Source: Chrysomallon squamiferum
Taxonomy: Eukaryota > Animalia > Mollusca
Direction: 5' to 3'
DNA length: 64,000 nt
NCBI GenBank assembly: GCA_012295275.1
Contig: CM022667.1
Span: 16,368,001 to 16,432,000 of the forward strand
The first letter of the stretch is position 1. The number at the start of each line of letters is the position of its first letter. Position numbers and translations under genes: made by a program. Below are positions 12,561-26,260 of the stretch, one piece after another. The notes beneath the pieces were generated by a model. It had not been told where the DNA came from and ran no database searches. It saw only the letters and a list, made by a program, of their open reading frames with translations.

Positions 12561-14089
12561 TTTTTACGGTTTCGGATTCCCTTTTCAACTGTGTTTCATT
12601 TAACAGCCTTGCATGATCCGCACGATGTATTTTTGATCGTATCGTTGTAAGAGCTGCTTTTCATTCAGATTACTTCATCGAAACGACATGCGCGCGATGA
12701 GTAACGTCCCTCGACAGAAGAGACGGACACTAGTTTCTCTACATGAGCGTAAAATACCTTGTTTTTTTTTTACCTGCAGAGCACAGGTTACGAATCAATG
12801 GCTAAAAAAGGTGCACGATTTTACTGTGTGGATGAATGAAGAATGGACAAGTCCTAGAAGGATCGTGCGAGTGTGTGGCAGGGTAAGTTTCCTTCAATTA
12901 TTTATAATATTTTATTATTATGAAAACGGATGCATAGATATTATAAATTCATCCTCCTACTCAAAATCTGGGAATGGGCGTGGGTTTATGTATGTATGTA
13001 TATATAAAAATATACATAATATGTTTACTGGAAACACATGCATGCATTAATACTGTAAATACCTCCCAATGTCAAAATCAGGGCGTATATCTGCGTCTCT
13101 GTATAGTGTGTATGTATATATATTGCGTGTGTTTGTTTTTGTCTGTATATATTTATGTGTGTGCGTATGTAAATAAAACATTTATTTTGGAGTGACATAT
13201 AATTGTTATATTGAAATCTGTACTTTACTCATCCAATCACAGAAAACCTAGATACTTGTACAACACCTACGAAGTGTTTGTAACTACAAGCAACAAACAC
13301 CTCAACTGGTTGCGGTAGACTGAATAATTAAGAACATAACTGAAATAATTGTTCCTTTTATTTGGTTTCGCCATTCCCAGTTGACATCGTTCACTTTATA
13401 AAATTAAATCGGATCATTCCTCGCTCTTGTTACTTGTTTTTGACATCCTACGTGTGTTATGACAATTTCCCGTCCCATATTCAGGGTGGGCATATAGTCC
13501 AAATTTTGTGTCGTTTATGACCTCCCACCTCAAAATGTGCCGAACAACCCTCGTGTCTGCAGTAACATTAAAATCTTGTTCATTTCTATGTGAAGCGATT
13601 ACCCACAAAGGTTTCCGATTTGCATTGGCTGGATAATTTCCCGGCCTTACAGCATGATTGTTTTCGCACCCCCCCCCCCCAGTTTGCGAGATCTCGCGAC
13701 TTGCGTCCTCTACTTACCCTGTTGGCTAAGCGCTTTGTATTAGACAAAGCGTGATTATCATGTCCAGGCCTTTAGTCAGAGCGGACAAATGCAAATAAGA
13801 ACTAAACAACACACACACACACACACACACACTCACACACACACACACACACGCACACACTAAGACGTCTGAGATCTAAGTAGAAAGACGAATTCCATTT
13901 ATATTTTATATACGTTTTATATATTTAACGTTTATTCTATGTAATACTTTAAATAATTTTGTGCTTGAAATAAAGTTTGTGAATACAAAACTGTATAAAA
14001 TTGCAAAATGCGACTATTTTTGCTGCTCGGAAAAGGTTTCGAATATATATATGTATTTCGAAAAATTTTTGAATATATACACACACTCA

Positions 14090-14152
<63 letters not shown>

Positions 14153-14756
14153 TACACAGGCCAGACATCACACACACACACACAAACTGAAGGATCCACT
14201 ATCCGAAACTTTTTTCCGAAAATAAATGGAATTCGAGTTTCGGACAGTTTTGTTACAAAATTTTAATTCAAAATTTCGAAAAATTAGTATACATAATGGA
14301 CCGGAAATATATTTAAAATTTGCGAATTTTTCGAATTTCAGAATATTTAGAATAACTCTTATTATATAGGTTATTATATATATATATATATTAGGGTTAT
14401 TCCAAGGATTTCGGATAAAGAATTCTCAAAATGTATATATATATATATATATATTGCATTTTTAATGAAATTGATGTATGCATGTTGAGAGATGCAAATC
14501 CACAAAAATGTAATTCATCATTATTTTCATAACCAAAACAATTAATAATCATAATAAAATTAACTGAACTGCACTAGCACTGCAAATAGATACCAGCTCA
14601 TTTTTCCTTAACAGAGTCCCAAGATAATATATGATTAAAAATAATTTAATATTTAACTATTAACTGTTGCAAGAATATTTCCAAATTTCTGAATGATAAT
14701 CAGCTAGTATTTGTCAAATTCGTACATACGTAAAGAAAAACAAAATGAAAACTTAC

Positions 14757-14766
14757 CATTTTCCAT
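14757..14766 (-). other. Candidate 3' end of an upstream exon of the TRPV-like gene (caacATGGAAAATG|gtaagt)
   Basis: Consensus minus-strand donor at 14751-14756 and a matching acceptor ttgtttttcag ending at 8200. The spliced frame stops after 13 codons, so the link is unproven. Confidence 0.3.
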
Positions 14767-15249
14767 GTTGTTCGAATGATTATATTTTATTTTCACAGTT
14801 GAACGTCAGTGTTTTCTTGCATAATGGACACAGAAAACGCATTTAGCATTATATATATGAGTTGACATAAGTTACAACTTTATTGTACAAATGAACTGAA
14901 ACTTGGCTGTTAAGTTTCGTCATACTTTAATAAACGTTCCTATACGTAGAGGCTTGTAGCTTTGTTGTACATGTCTTAACTTGTTTTAGCTTCTGCAGAA
15001 GAAAACTTCATTCCCGAGGAAAGTATACTGACAGGTGAACGGGGTTTTACCTGTAGGCGTTTCTGTAAGACTTCTATGCATATTCATTTGACGATACACA
15101 AGAAGACATACCGTCCACCTCGATAGCTACGTGTGAACAGTATCTGTAATTTGTTCAGTTAGGAACTGAGCTAATTTCGGATTTCCAACAATGAAAACAT
15201 TTATAGATATTGATTTTTTTCTTTTCTATCATTCCTCCATACTTTTTCT

Positions 15250-16700
15250 TTAATTTCTTTGATTTTATTCTTCTTCCTATCTTCTCCTCGTTTTCAACTT
15301 ACTTACTTGTCCATTGCACTTTACTAAGCAGAGGAATTTAAGCTTATAAATAGTTAATAATATAATTAAAGTAACTATAAAAACGGGAAAACAAAATTCT
15401 GAAAATATACAATTAAAAATAATTAAGATGAATCAGAAATAGAAACTCGCTTTATTAAAAATCCTGAATTCGAATATCCCTTAACACCAAAAGTCCTCAA
15501 ATGAAAAGGTAAAATCTTGACTAATTAATTTCGTTCATTATCAGGTACATTATTATTATTATTATTATTATTATCATCATCATCATCATCATCATTTTTT
15601 ATTTATTTATTTATTCATTTATTTGTTCATTTATTCATTTTGTTATATGTTTTTAAAACATTGTGAACTTTAGATAACATTATCATATTTTGATAGCAGA
15701 AAATCAGTTAAAACTGTTTCTCTATACAAACTGAGTCGTTCTGTAGAAACTGACAAAAGCTGTTTTCTGCTGGGCCGTGCTCCACCTGGGCTGAGCTGTA
15801 GCAGTCTAGACGTGTCTGATCACTGACAAAGCAGGTTAACGTGATGACATTTCACACAGATTCCCCTCTATCTGATGCTGACTGTGGTTCACTGGCTAAA
15901 TTCAGCTGCGCTTTGTTTCAGATAACAAACTGTGTACATGGAAGGTAATCTAAATCGAAACATTATATGTATGTATGCATGTATATAATGTACCTAATGT
16001 TGTCTCTCATTAGTTTCAAGTTTATTTCATATACGCTGCGAAATCTTGTACATTATAAAGACATATACATTTGTATACAGAAACGTATGGGACGTATTTA
16101 AATATATTGAAATATATTGTCAGTGTCAGAGATATAAAACATTTAGAAATTCCCTGAGACACTAAAACTATTTCAAGGCTACCACAAGGGTAAAAAGGTT
16201 GAAAATCGCTGACTGTTCTGTGCAGAGACAACCAGCAATATGTACTAGCACATACATTATTACTTTCTTTCTTTGATTTCTTTTTTCTTCTTCCTATCTC
16301 CTCCTGCTCGTTATCAACTTATTTACTTCCCTTACTCTTTACCATGCAGAGGAATTTCAACTGATAATTAGTTAATAATATAATTAAAGTTACAAACAAA
16401 CAACAAATAAATAATAATAATAATAATAATAATAAAATAATTTCAACGAAAAAAATGTCCGATAAAACCGAAAGGCGCCAAATGGAGAGGTCGGTAAAAA
16501 AATTAAGACGGACTGATTGATTAATTCATTGATTCGTTTCTTCATTTTGATATGTGCATATATTTTTTGCTCTGAAAAGTAATGAACATTAGATAGTATT
16601 ATTATATTTTGATATCAGACCAATACTTGAAAATCAGTTGAAAATTACCCTCTACACCCGATTTTCAGCAGAAATGTAGAAACTGACAACAATATTTGAA
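15250..16700 (+). repeat. Diverged tandem duplication (15250-15760 vs 16260-16700)
   Basis: Both share 'ttcttcttcctatct...tcaactta.ttactt...gcagaggaatt...tagttaataatataattaaagt' and 'tagata..attat.atattttgata.caga...aaatcagtt...tgtagaaactgacaa'. Confidence 0.7.
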
Positions 16701-16879
16701 TATGGATTAATGCCAAGAATATTTAGTTAACAACAAGTGCATGCGAATCTCTGCAAACCTGACCAGGTGCATGTCCATTCTCGTTTATAAGCCCACCTCT
16801 CATAAATAGCGAATAAACTAATAAAATAAAATAAAAAAAAAAAATAATAATAAATAAAAGAAAAAGAAAATCAAAATTT

Positions 16880-17203
16880 TAAAACAAAAATAAGTAAACA
16901 ATTAAGAAAAGAAGTTAGAGAAAGAGCTAGATGTTTCCAAAAAGATATTTATTTATTTCATTTTTTTTTTTTTTTTTTTTTGAAAAATAGTGAAGAAAGC
17001 TACATCAAACATTACTGGAAGCAGATTACGTTCAGTGACTAACTTGTAAAGTAAAAGATAAAATAGTTTTCTTTTCTCCTCCTATACACAAACGATCACA
17101 TGACATGGGTTTTTTTTTTTTAAGCAGGTGCCTTTTAATTAAAAAATAAATAAAAAATAAAATATAAAAAATATTTATAAGGATTTAATGTACTAATTAA
17201 TGC

Positions 17204-17250
<47 letters not shown>

Positions 17251-17276
17251 TTCATTTATCTATTATTATTATTATA

Positions 17277-17312
<36 letters not shown>

Positions 17313-17667
17313 TTATTATTATTATTACTACAACTACTACTACTACTACTACTACACTACTACTTTTGTTGTTTGGTCTTTATTGTTGTATTTTGAATAC
17401 AGTAGAGAAATCTCCAACAGGTTACTGCTTATCTTCAGTATATTTTTCATTTGCTGTCTGTGAAAAGATACACTAAAATATATTTTCTTTTTATCAGAAA
17501 GGTATTCTAGCTGTTTAGCTGGCAGATTGATTTTGCTACTACTTCTACTACGATTAGCCCTACTACGTCTGCTGTTACTGCTATGACTATCCTTACTGTA
17601 CTACTATTACTACTACTACTGCTACTACTACTACTACTACTATTACTACTACTAGTACTAATACCAC

Positions 17668-17703
<36 letters not shown>

Positions 17704-17706
17704 CAT

Positions 17707-17774
<68 letters not shown>

Positions 17775-17781
17775 GTACCAC

Positions 17782-17827
<46 letters not shown>

Positions 17828-18419
17828 TAGCTGTATTGGTTGCTTGTTCTGTTTTGCTGGGCAGTTCAGTTTCTAAATTATCATTTTTATCTCTTAGTTT
17901 GGATCTGTAAGTCACGTTTACGCCTGACAAAAATAACTGAAATTTAACACAATTCGTGACAGTATTCACTGATTATACAAAAATACACCTGAAATTTATA
18001 AGTATAAATAGTTACATGTTTTATGTTTGACACATGCAGTGAGTTGTCGTGTTTTCAGTTTGTACGTAAGCTTTATAACTGATTTATCTAACACATGAAC
18101 CGTGCAGCATTTACAGTTTTAAAACATTTTCGATAATTAAATAACCTTTGTGTACCTACAAAAAAATGCTACGTCATGTTGATCAATGCTGAAAATCACT
18201 CGCGTTTATTTCTCTGTTTTCTTAACAGCCTGTGCATGTCGCTTGAAGTTGCATACATCTTGTAATGGGATTGTTTAGTTTACCTGTAAAGCTGGCAGTA
18301 TGATTTTCCTACTTCATCTATTACCACTAGCACTTCTACTGCTGCTGTTACTACTGTTACTATCTTTACTGTAGTGCTACACTACTACTACTACTACTAC
18401 TACTACTAGTACCACTATT

Positions 18420-18462
<43 letters not shown>

Positions 18463-18620
18463 TTACTTAGCTGTATTGGTTGCTTGTTCTGTTTTGCTGG
18501 GCAGTTCAGTTTCTAAATTATCATTTTTATCTCTTAACTTGGAGTTGTAAGTCAACTTTACTCATGTCTGAAATTTAACACTTTACACAAATCGTGACAA
18601 TAGTGATTGATCCAACAAAA
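16880..18620 (+). repeat. Block duplicated at ~22800-24000; contains (TAC)n/(TAT)n tracts and an internal duplication (17560-17960 vs 18330-18620)
   Basis: Shared 'aattaagaaaagaagt.agagaaagagct', 'gtgactaacttg.aaagtaa', 'tatcttcagtatat...catttgctgtctgtg', 'tgatttatctaacac.tgaaccgtg'. 'ttagctgtattggttgcttgttctgttttgctgggcagttcagtttctaaattatc' occurs at ~17827 and ~18467. Confidence 0.75.
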
Positions 18621-18787
18621 ACAGGTCCTCTTTCGCATGGTTTAGATTGCTTTCGACAAGTAATAGTATTGTTAAAGAAGCTTGCTCCATGTTATTCGAT
18701 TTTGCAGAAGCATTATTTTTAACGTTATATGGGTTTGTTTTATTAAAACAAATAATAATAATAAATTAATTAATTAATTAATTAATA

Positions 18788-18848
<61 letters not shown>

Positions 18849-18949
18849 TGCACACAATTAAAAAAAAAAAGAAAGAAAGAAAATAAATAGAATAATAATT
18901 TTTACACCAGCAGCTAAAATTCATACTTTTGGTCTGTCTAAACACTTTT

Positions 18950-19740
18950 TTGTTTACAGTACATTCCGCCAAATATATCTTAAATGTGGATATTAAACCA
19001 AAAGCGCCTAGCATAATCTAATGATACATAAACACCATTAACCCGTCTGAGGTTTATTTCTCTTTGTCTAGATTTAAAATACTCGAGAAATTCCTCCAAG
19101 ACACTGGAACATTACTGTAAAGTAAACACTGTCACTGGGGCTATCATAAGGAACCAATGACAGTAATGATCTGCCACTATTGGTCAGTGGTGTGGGATGT
19201 TATCAGTATAACTTCAGAGAAAGTCCAGGGAGAAGGACTTTGGGCCAATTCTCTGCAATATAATAAATATACTATCATCTGTTGTACTATAATTATGTAT
19301 TATGTTGTAGAATGAGGCAAAGATATAATCGATTTCGAACTTAAAGTGAAACTGAAATGTTTCTGAATGGGCTTTTGTATAGTGGATTTTGTCCTCGATC
19401 TATGTACGTGTGTTTGTCTATGTGCATTTTTTTGTTTTGTTAGGATGCTTTACGCACCCGACCGCATATATAAAGATCTCAGACAGAGATATATATATTT
19501 GTTTACAATACTGTTAACTTAACAGGCTTAGACTGTACAACCCAGTCCTTAGCGATAGAAATACAGAAAAGTCAGACAGAGTATGAGTTTTATTATCATT
19601 TATACAAAACTGAAGACGAATATAATGTGCTATTAATGTCCAAAATATGACGATGTTACAAGAAAGTAAATTAAACCATTCTATTCGAAGAAACCTTCAA
19701 AACATTAAGTTGCATTAATATATAATATACAATTTTAGAA
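18950..19740 (+). repeat. Copy C of the locally multiplied block (inverted paralog of 480-1240)
   Basis: Long collinear match to the reverse complement of 480-1200, e.g. 'aaactgaaatgtttctgaatgggcttttgt' and 'aaaactgaagacgaa'. Confidence 0.8.
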
Positions 19741-19966
19741 TGCAAATATTTTTATGTTGGCGCAGGTCAGTAGCTATAATAGTATAGCCAAGCACTAATC
19801 AAAACTACTTTTATTCTAATTACTCGTACCTCAAACATTTGTGACGAAGAAAGATCTTTGTATGTATGTATATATGTATGTAGCGTGTGTGTGTTTGAAT
19901 GTGTGCATATATATATGCGTGCACACAGAAAACCCAACATATACACATGTACCTATATATATACAT

Positions 19967-20013
<47 letters not shown>

Positions 20014-20755
20014 TATATATATATTTACACACACACACACACCGTGACAAACAACATTTTTGGTGTTGTAGTAGCTGGGATGAGCGTTGGGAAGCGCATT
20101 ATCTATCAGTAATAACACCACACACTGAGATTCAAGATTCAGATGTCGTAGCGACTGCGCAGGCACAATGCCAAGTTCGTGAGGTTGACGCAGGTCAGTA
20201 GCTACAATATCATGGCCAAAGACTAATGAAAACTAAGTGTATTCTTATTACACGTACCTGAAAAATAACCGTTAGCTCTGCACATTTTGCTACCGTCGAA
20301 CTTAGGTCCTGTTCTTTGTGGTTTATTATTATTTGTTTGTTTGTTTGTTTATTTATTTATTTATTTATAATTTTGTTGTTGTTCTTATTGTTATTCTCAC
20401 TTGCCGTGGCATTGTAGCAAAATAGATATCTAATTAACATAAACGTCAGTTAACCAAATGGGTTTACTGGAATGGCGCATATGCAAATCAGGGAGGACGG
20501 CCACGTTGTTTTACTGCGTGCAGATGATCCAAGTTTAAAGGGACGAAGGCAAGTGCAGAGGACCACGGCACTTTCCATGTATGCCATAGTAAAATTCGAA
20601 CCCTGTCATTACGTGGGTTTATGTCTGTGTTTAACACTTTCACTGCATAACTAAAACTAGCTCCCAGCAAAATAAAAATGATAGCAGAAAATAGTAAATA
20701 AATATAAATAGTGCAATGTACTCATCATAGATTTATAATAGGGATATGTATACAA

Positions 20756-20794
<39 letters not shown>

Positions 20795-22799
20795 CAGAGA
20801 GAGACAGAGAGACAGACACAGACACAGTTGTGCAGCACGTCTCGACAAGGGACGCTCTCTCAGAAAGCCAGGGGTGTGTCTGTCGCAGATCCTCTTTGTA
20901 CCGGGCCTAAAGAACACCATTCCAACAGAAATACACGACACTAGAAACAAAATGTCACCCAGTGAAATATATTTTACTTGTCCGTGTGTAGATGACGTGT
21001 TAAGTGTAGTGGGGCACCCAGTTCAGTGCTTACTATTATGCAGGGTTAATGTGCCGTGATGTGCTTTTCAATGCAGGGAAATTTGAGTATCTGTTAGATT
21101 TTTGTGTTGCTGTTTTATTGTTTGTATTTTTTTGTATTTTGTTTTTTGGGAGGGAGATGTTATATCTATATTTGATTAAAATTAATGTTTATCTGCATCC
21201 TAGTAATACCTGCTCCTCAGAAAGTCATCACTTGCATAACATAAATGAAAAAAAAAAAAAATTACAAGAGTTATGCACCTTTAAAACATAATAACGGTTC
21301 ATGGATCATGCACATGTCAGAATACGAAAGAACATATGTTTCATCTAAATAATCTATTCAGCGCAATCGCCGTTTTTTCGGTGATTTTTTTTTTTTTTTT
21401 TTTTTTCAACGCTTTTCTTCTTCTTCTAATATTCACTTTGTCTTTTTTACCTATTTCGCGGTTTCGCTTTGTTTTTAGATTTTCAATTACGTCTTTGTTA
21501 GAAATTAAAGAAATTAAAGTCAAACGCGATCTCATTCTGCATTTAAACATAAAGTAAATTAGCGTAACATTTTGAGACTGAGAATTAGCCATTTCTGGAA
21601 AAGGTGTTAGCGAACGCCCCTTACGGCAATTAGCTTTGCCAAGGATAATGTCTAATATTATATGCAAGTAAGAAATTGAGTGAATATGCGCATGCTTTAT
21701 TTTGAACCAGTCTTCTACTTTCAACGTCTTGTTTTATACAGAAGAATGCAAATTGAATGAAAAACCGACGTGATCGTATTCTGAAGTTCCACTGTCGCCT
21801 AATTATTATAATAGATTTTTTATTTATTTTTTTTTTTTTCAAACTGAATGTAGAAAATATCGTTATGAACTAGTAGACTCTGTCTGTCAAGGATTTTTGT
21901 GCATATCTCGATACAAATTAGTGATTACAATTGAAAAACAAAATGCTAGCCTATGTAATAATACTAATACTTTATCTAGGTAACCTTTTTCTACAAATAT
22001 AAATAAATTGAAAATATTGTCATGTACAACATTTCAGATATTTGTGTAACTCTTTTTTTTTCTTTACTTCATAAATAATCTGCTGTTTTTCACATTTAAA
22101 AGAAAACAACGTGAAACTTCATGATAGTAACTGTTATCTCAGTGTTCAACACCAGCATTAGTAAACCTTGGTGTTGATCATAATTTAAAAAAATATATTT
22201 TAAAAAGTATATGCAGTGTATAATAACAATATTATTATTTAACATTTTTTTCAAAAATTAAATTATATATAAACAAATAAATTCAGAAAAAAAACAAACA
22301 AAAAAAACAAAAAACAAAACATGATGCTATTACATTATTTGAAATAGTCTTGTACATTTTCATGCCTAGAAGACTACTTCAGACAACAAAATAAGAAATG
22401 AAAGTAACTATTCCTGATCTGTGGAATCTAATCATGACAGTTAAAACAAAGGCAGAAAATGGTTTAGTTTTGAGTATTTTTCATAATTCTGTTATTTTAA
22501 TATGACACCTTATTATTAGTGAATACAATAAAAAACAAATACATCAATATGTACTACATTTAAAATTTAATCCAGTCATTCTCAACAAAATAGTTGCTTT
22601 TGTTTTGTGCAAACTCTCAACAAATAAACAACCATTTGTGGTTTCTTTTAAATCATAATAAGCATTAATTATTTTGCAAATAATAATAAGAATAAGAATA
22701 AGAATAATAATTGGTTTGGAAGAAACTAAGTGAAAAAGTGGCATAGTTTTATAATATAAATAAACGTACTAATTAAACTTTCTTTATTAAACTTCTGCA

Positions 22800-24000
<1,201 letters not shown>

Positions 24001-25092
24001 ACTCGATACATCTGACACTGTATTATGTGATTAAGTAGTGAATAATCATGTACCATGTGCTTTTATTTTTATGAAGCTGATAAATTAAGATTTAATGATA
24101 ATACATACATACATACATACATACATATTCTTTAGTGATATAGCGACGAATGTGACAGTGAATTGGAGTATTTAAAAGAAAGAATTTTCTGCACTTAATG
24201 TTTTTATCTGTAACTTATTTTATATTAACTGTCAGCTCTATTATTAGTTCTAATTTAATGTTTCTTTCAAAATAATTGTTGTTCCTATTTGTTGTTTATA
24301 ATGGCATTTGCTATCATTAAGTATTTTGGAATATCTATTGTTCTAATACGTATACATGCGTATGTGTGAGTGTGAGTGTGTGTCTGTATGTGTGTGTGTT
24401 GTTGTTATCAAATATTTAGTAATGTTGTTCTATTAAATATAAATAAACACACACATTTATTTCATTTTATTTTATGATAAAAAACACAGATATAAAAATT
24501 TGAATATATACTGCTGAACATTTTGTTAACATCAACATCTGCAGTCGGTTATCATGAGAACGGACAAAAAGGAACAAGAACATCTATTAACTTGTATACC
24601 TTTGGGAACTAAGGTTGGACGTTACGTAAATGTATTCATAGAAATTATTACATTCACAGTCAGTTAAAGGCAAAGTTAAAAATTCAATACATACTTTGTC
24701 TGGTGAAAATGTATCCTAAAATTTCATCCTCAACAAATTATCATTAATTGTAATAAAGTCCTAGATATATTAAATTAATATTTTCTTTATTAATACTAAA
24801 TTAATACATTAAAACTATATTTAATATAATAAATCGTTTCATTTCATTTTAATAAATTAATTAATCATATCAAAGATTATTTTGCATGCCAATAGTTATG
24901 TTGATTCATTACGAATAGAACAACTTAAAAAAAAAAAAAAAAAATAAAAAAAAAAATAATTATAATAATAATAATAATAATAATAATAGTGATAATAAGA
25001 AGACAAACAACAACAACAATAATAATAATAATAACAAACTTAAGAAGTGAAAAACCGAATTTTAATAATTAGAGAAATAAACATAAATAAAT

Positions 25093-25102
25093 AAAAAAAA
25101 AA
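25093..25102 (-). terminator. Pol III oligo(T) terminator of tRNA-Lys
   Basis: T10 on the minus strand, 6 nt after the tRNA 3' end. Confidence 0.8.
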
Positions 25103-25108
25103 TCATCG

Positions 25109-25181
25109 CGCCCACGTAGGGACTCGAACCCTAGACCCTCAGATTAAAAGTCTGATGCTCTACCGACTGAGCTACGCGGGC
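25109..25181 (-). tRNA. tRNA-Lys(UUU)
   Basis: GCCCGCGTAGCTCAGTCGGTAGAGCATCAGACTTTTAATCTGAGGGTCTAGGGTTCGAGTCCCTACGTGGGCG: 73 nt, full cloverleaf, A and B boxes, TTT anticodon. Confidence 0.97.
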
Positions 25182-25313
25182 TCCCGCGTATAACGCGTTG
25201 AATAAGGTATCATGTTAAAATTCACTTCAACAGTTTTAACGGAATGCGCTCACATTTTTTATCTTCATCCGGTCAGCTCGCCCCGATTACAATTAGAATG
25301 TTTCTAGGTCAAT

Positions 25314-25508
25314 ATGTTGTTTTCATCCACCAAGAAAGGTTTAACGTTTGCTGTTTTGGCTGGATGTATGGCTGCATTGGCGTCAATCAGCGCTAAAATT
25401 GCTACAAGTTATGACGAGGCGTCAGCACTATACCAGCGGTGTCAGAGATTTTTGCAAACAGTGTTGAATTTGCCATTCCCGGAAGACGACGCCAACTTCA
25501 TGTTCATT
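25314..25508 (+). CDS. TMEM42: Transmembrane protein 42, exon 1 of 3
   Basis: MLFSSTKKGLTFAVLAGCMAALASISAKIA...FMFI then gtaagt; 65 codons, phase 0. Confidence 0.88.
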
Positions 25509-26113
25509 GTAAGTTATTATTTTGTTAGCTTTTTTCTGCCTATTTATAAAACCTTGTATTTATGATTTTTCTCTGCATGGCAAACAGCGATAAAAAAGAT
25601 ATATATATATATAGATATAGTGGAAATGATAATATTTTGTTTATAGCATTTTATTTACTATCGTAGAGTAATATTTCAAAAAATACATGAAATGAATGAA
25701 GGGGAATAACTCAAATGACATTATTCTGATTATAAACACTACGATTATATCCCGTGAAGTGATTGTTGTAATCATTAATTTTATGAAAAAGTAATTAAAA
25801 TGAGATAAATTGTGCATGCATCTGTAATAATGGCTTAATAACACAGATCTTGTTCTAACAATACGGCAGTCAAATTCTATTAGAAAGTCTCATAACAAGC
25901 TTTACTTGCTTTCAATGCTTATTAGTTGAGCACAAAGCAGAAACACATTCTTACGTTTTACGGTATCAATAAATAAAAAATAAATTTAAAATAAAGGTTT
26001 TATTCTTACTCTTGTTAATTTATCAACACATTAATTACTCCATTTTTCTGTCTGTCTTTCCACATCCTACATTCTTACAGTCACTCATTACAGGTTTTGT
26101 GTAATATTTTCAG

Positions 26114-26260
26114 GGCATTACTGTGGGGAGGATCGCTGGAGTTTGTGGAATATTCGTTTGCAACGCTTTTATGTTCACACTTTTCTCAAAATCTCTGCAG
26201 CTGTGCTCCTCCTCTGTTGAAGCGACAGTCACCAACACTGCCGCAAATTTCCTTGTCACT
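26114..26260 (+). CDS. TMEM42: TMEM42 exon 2
   Basis: ttttcag|GITVGRIAGVCGIFVCNAFMFTLFSKSLQLCSSSVEATVTNTAANFLVT|gtaagt; phase 0/0; typical TMEM42 N-x-x-M...F-S...S-S...T...N motif. Confidence 0.9.

Noticed and set aside
13414-13660. Minus-strand frame PGNYPANANRKPLWVIAS resembling a CUB-domain start
   Set aside because: Lacks the conserved cysteines and clear splice sites; too short to support.
15841-15881. Box C (GTGATGA) and box D (CTGA) suggesting a snoRNA
   Set aside because: Spacing of only ~30-40 nt, with no terminal stem or guide recognised.
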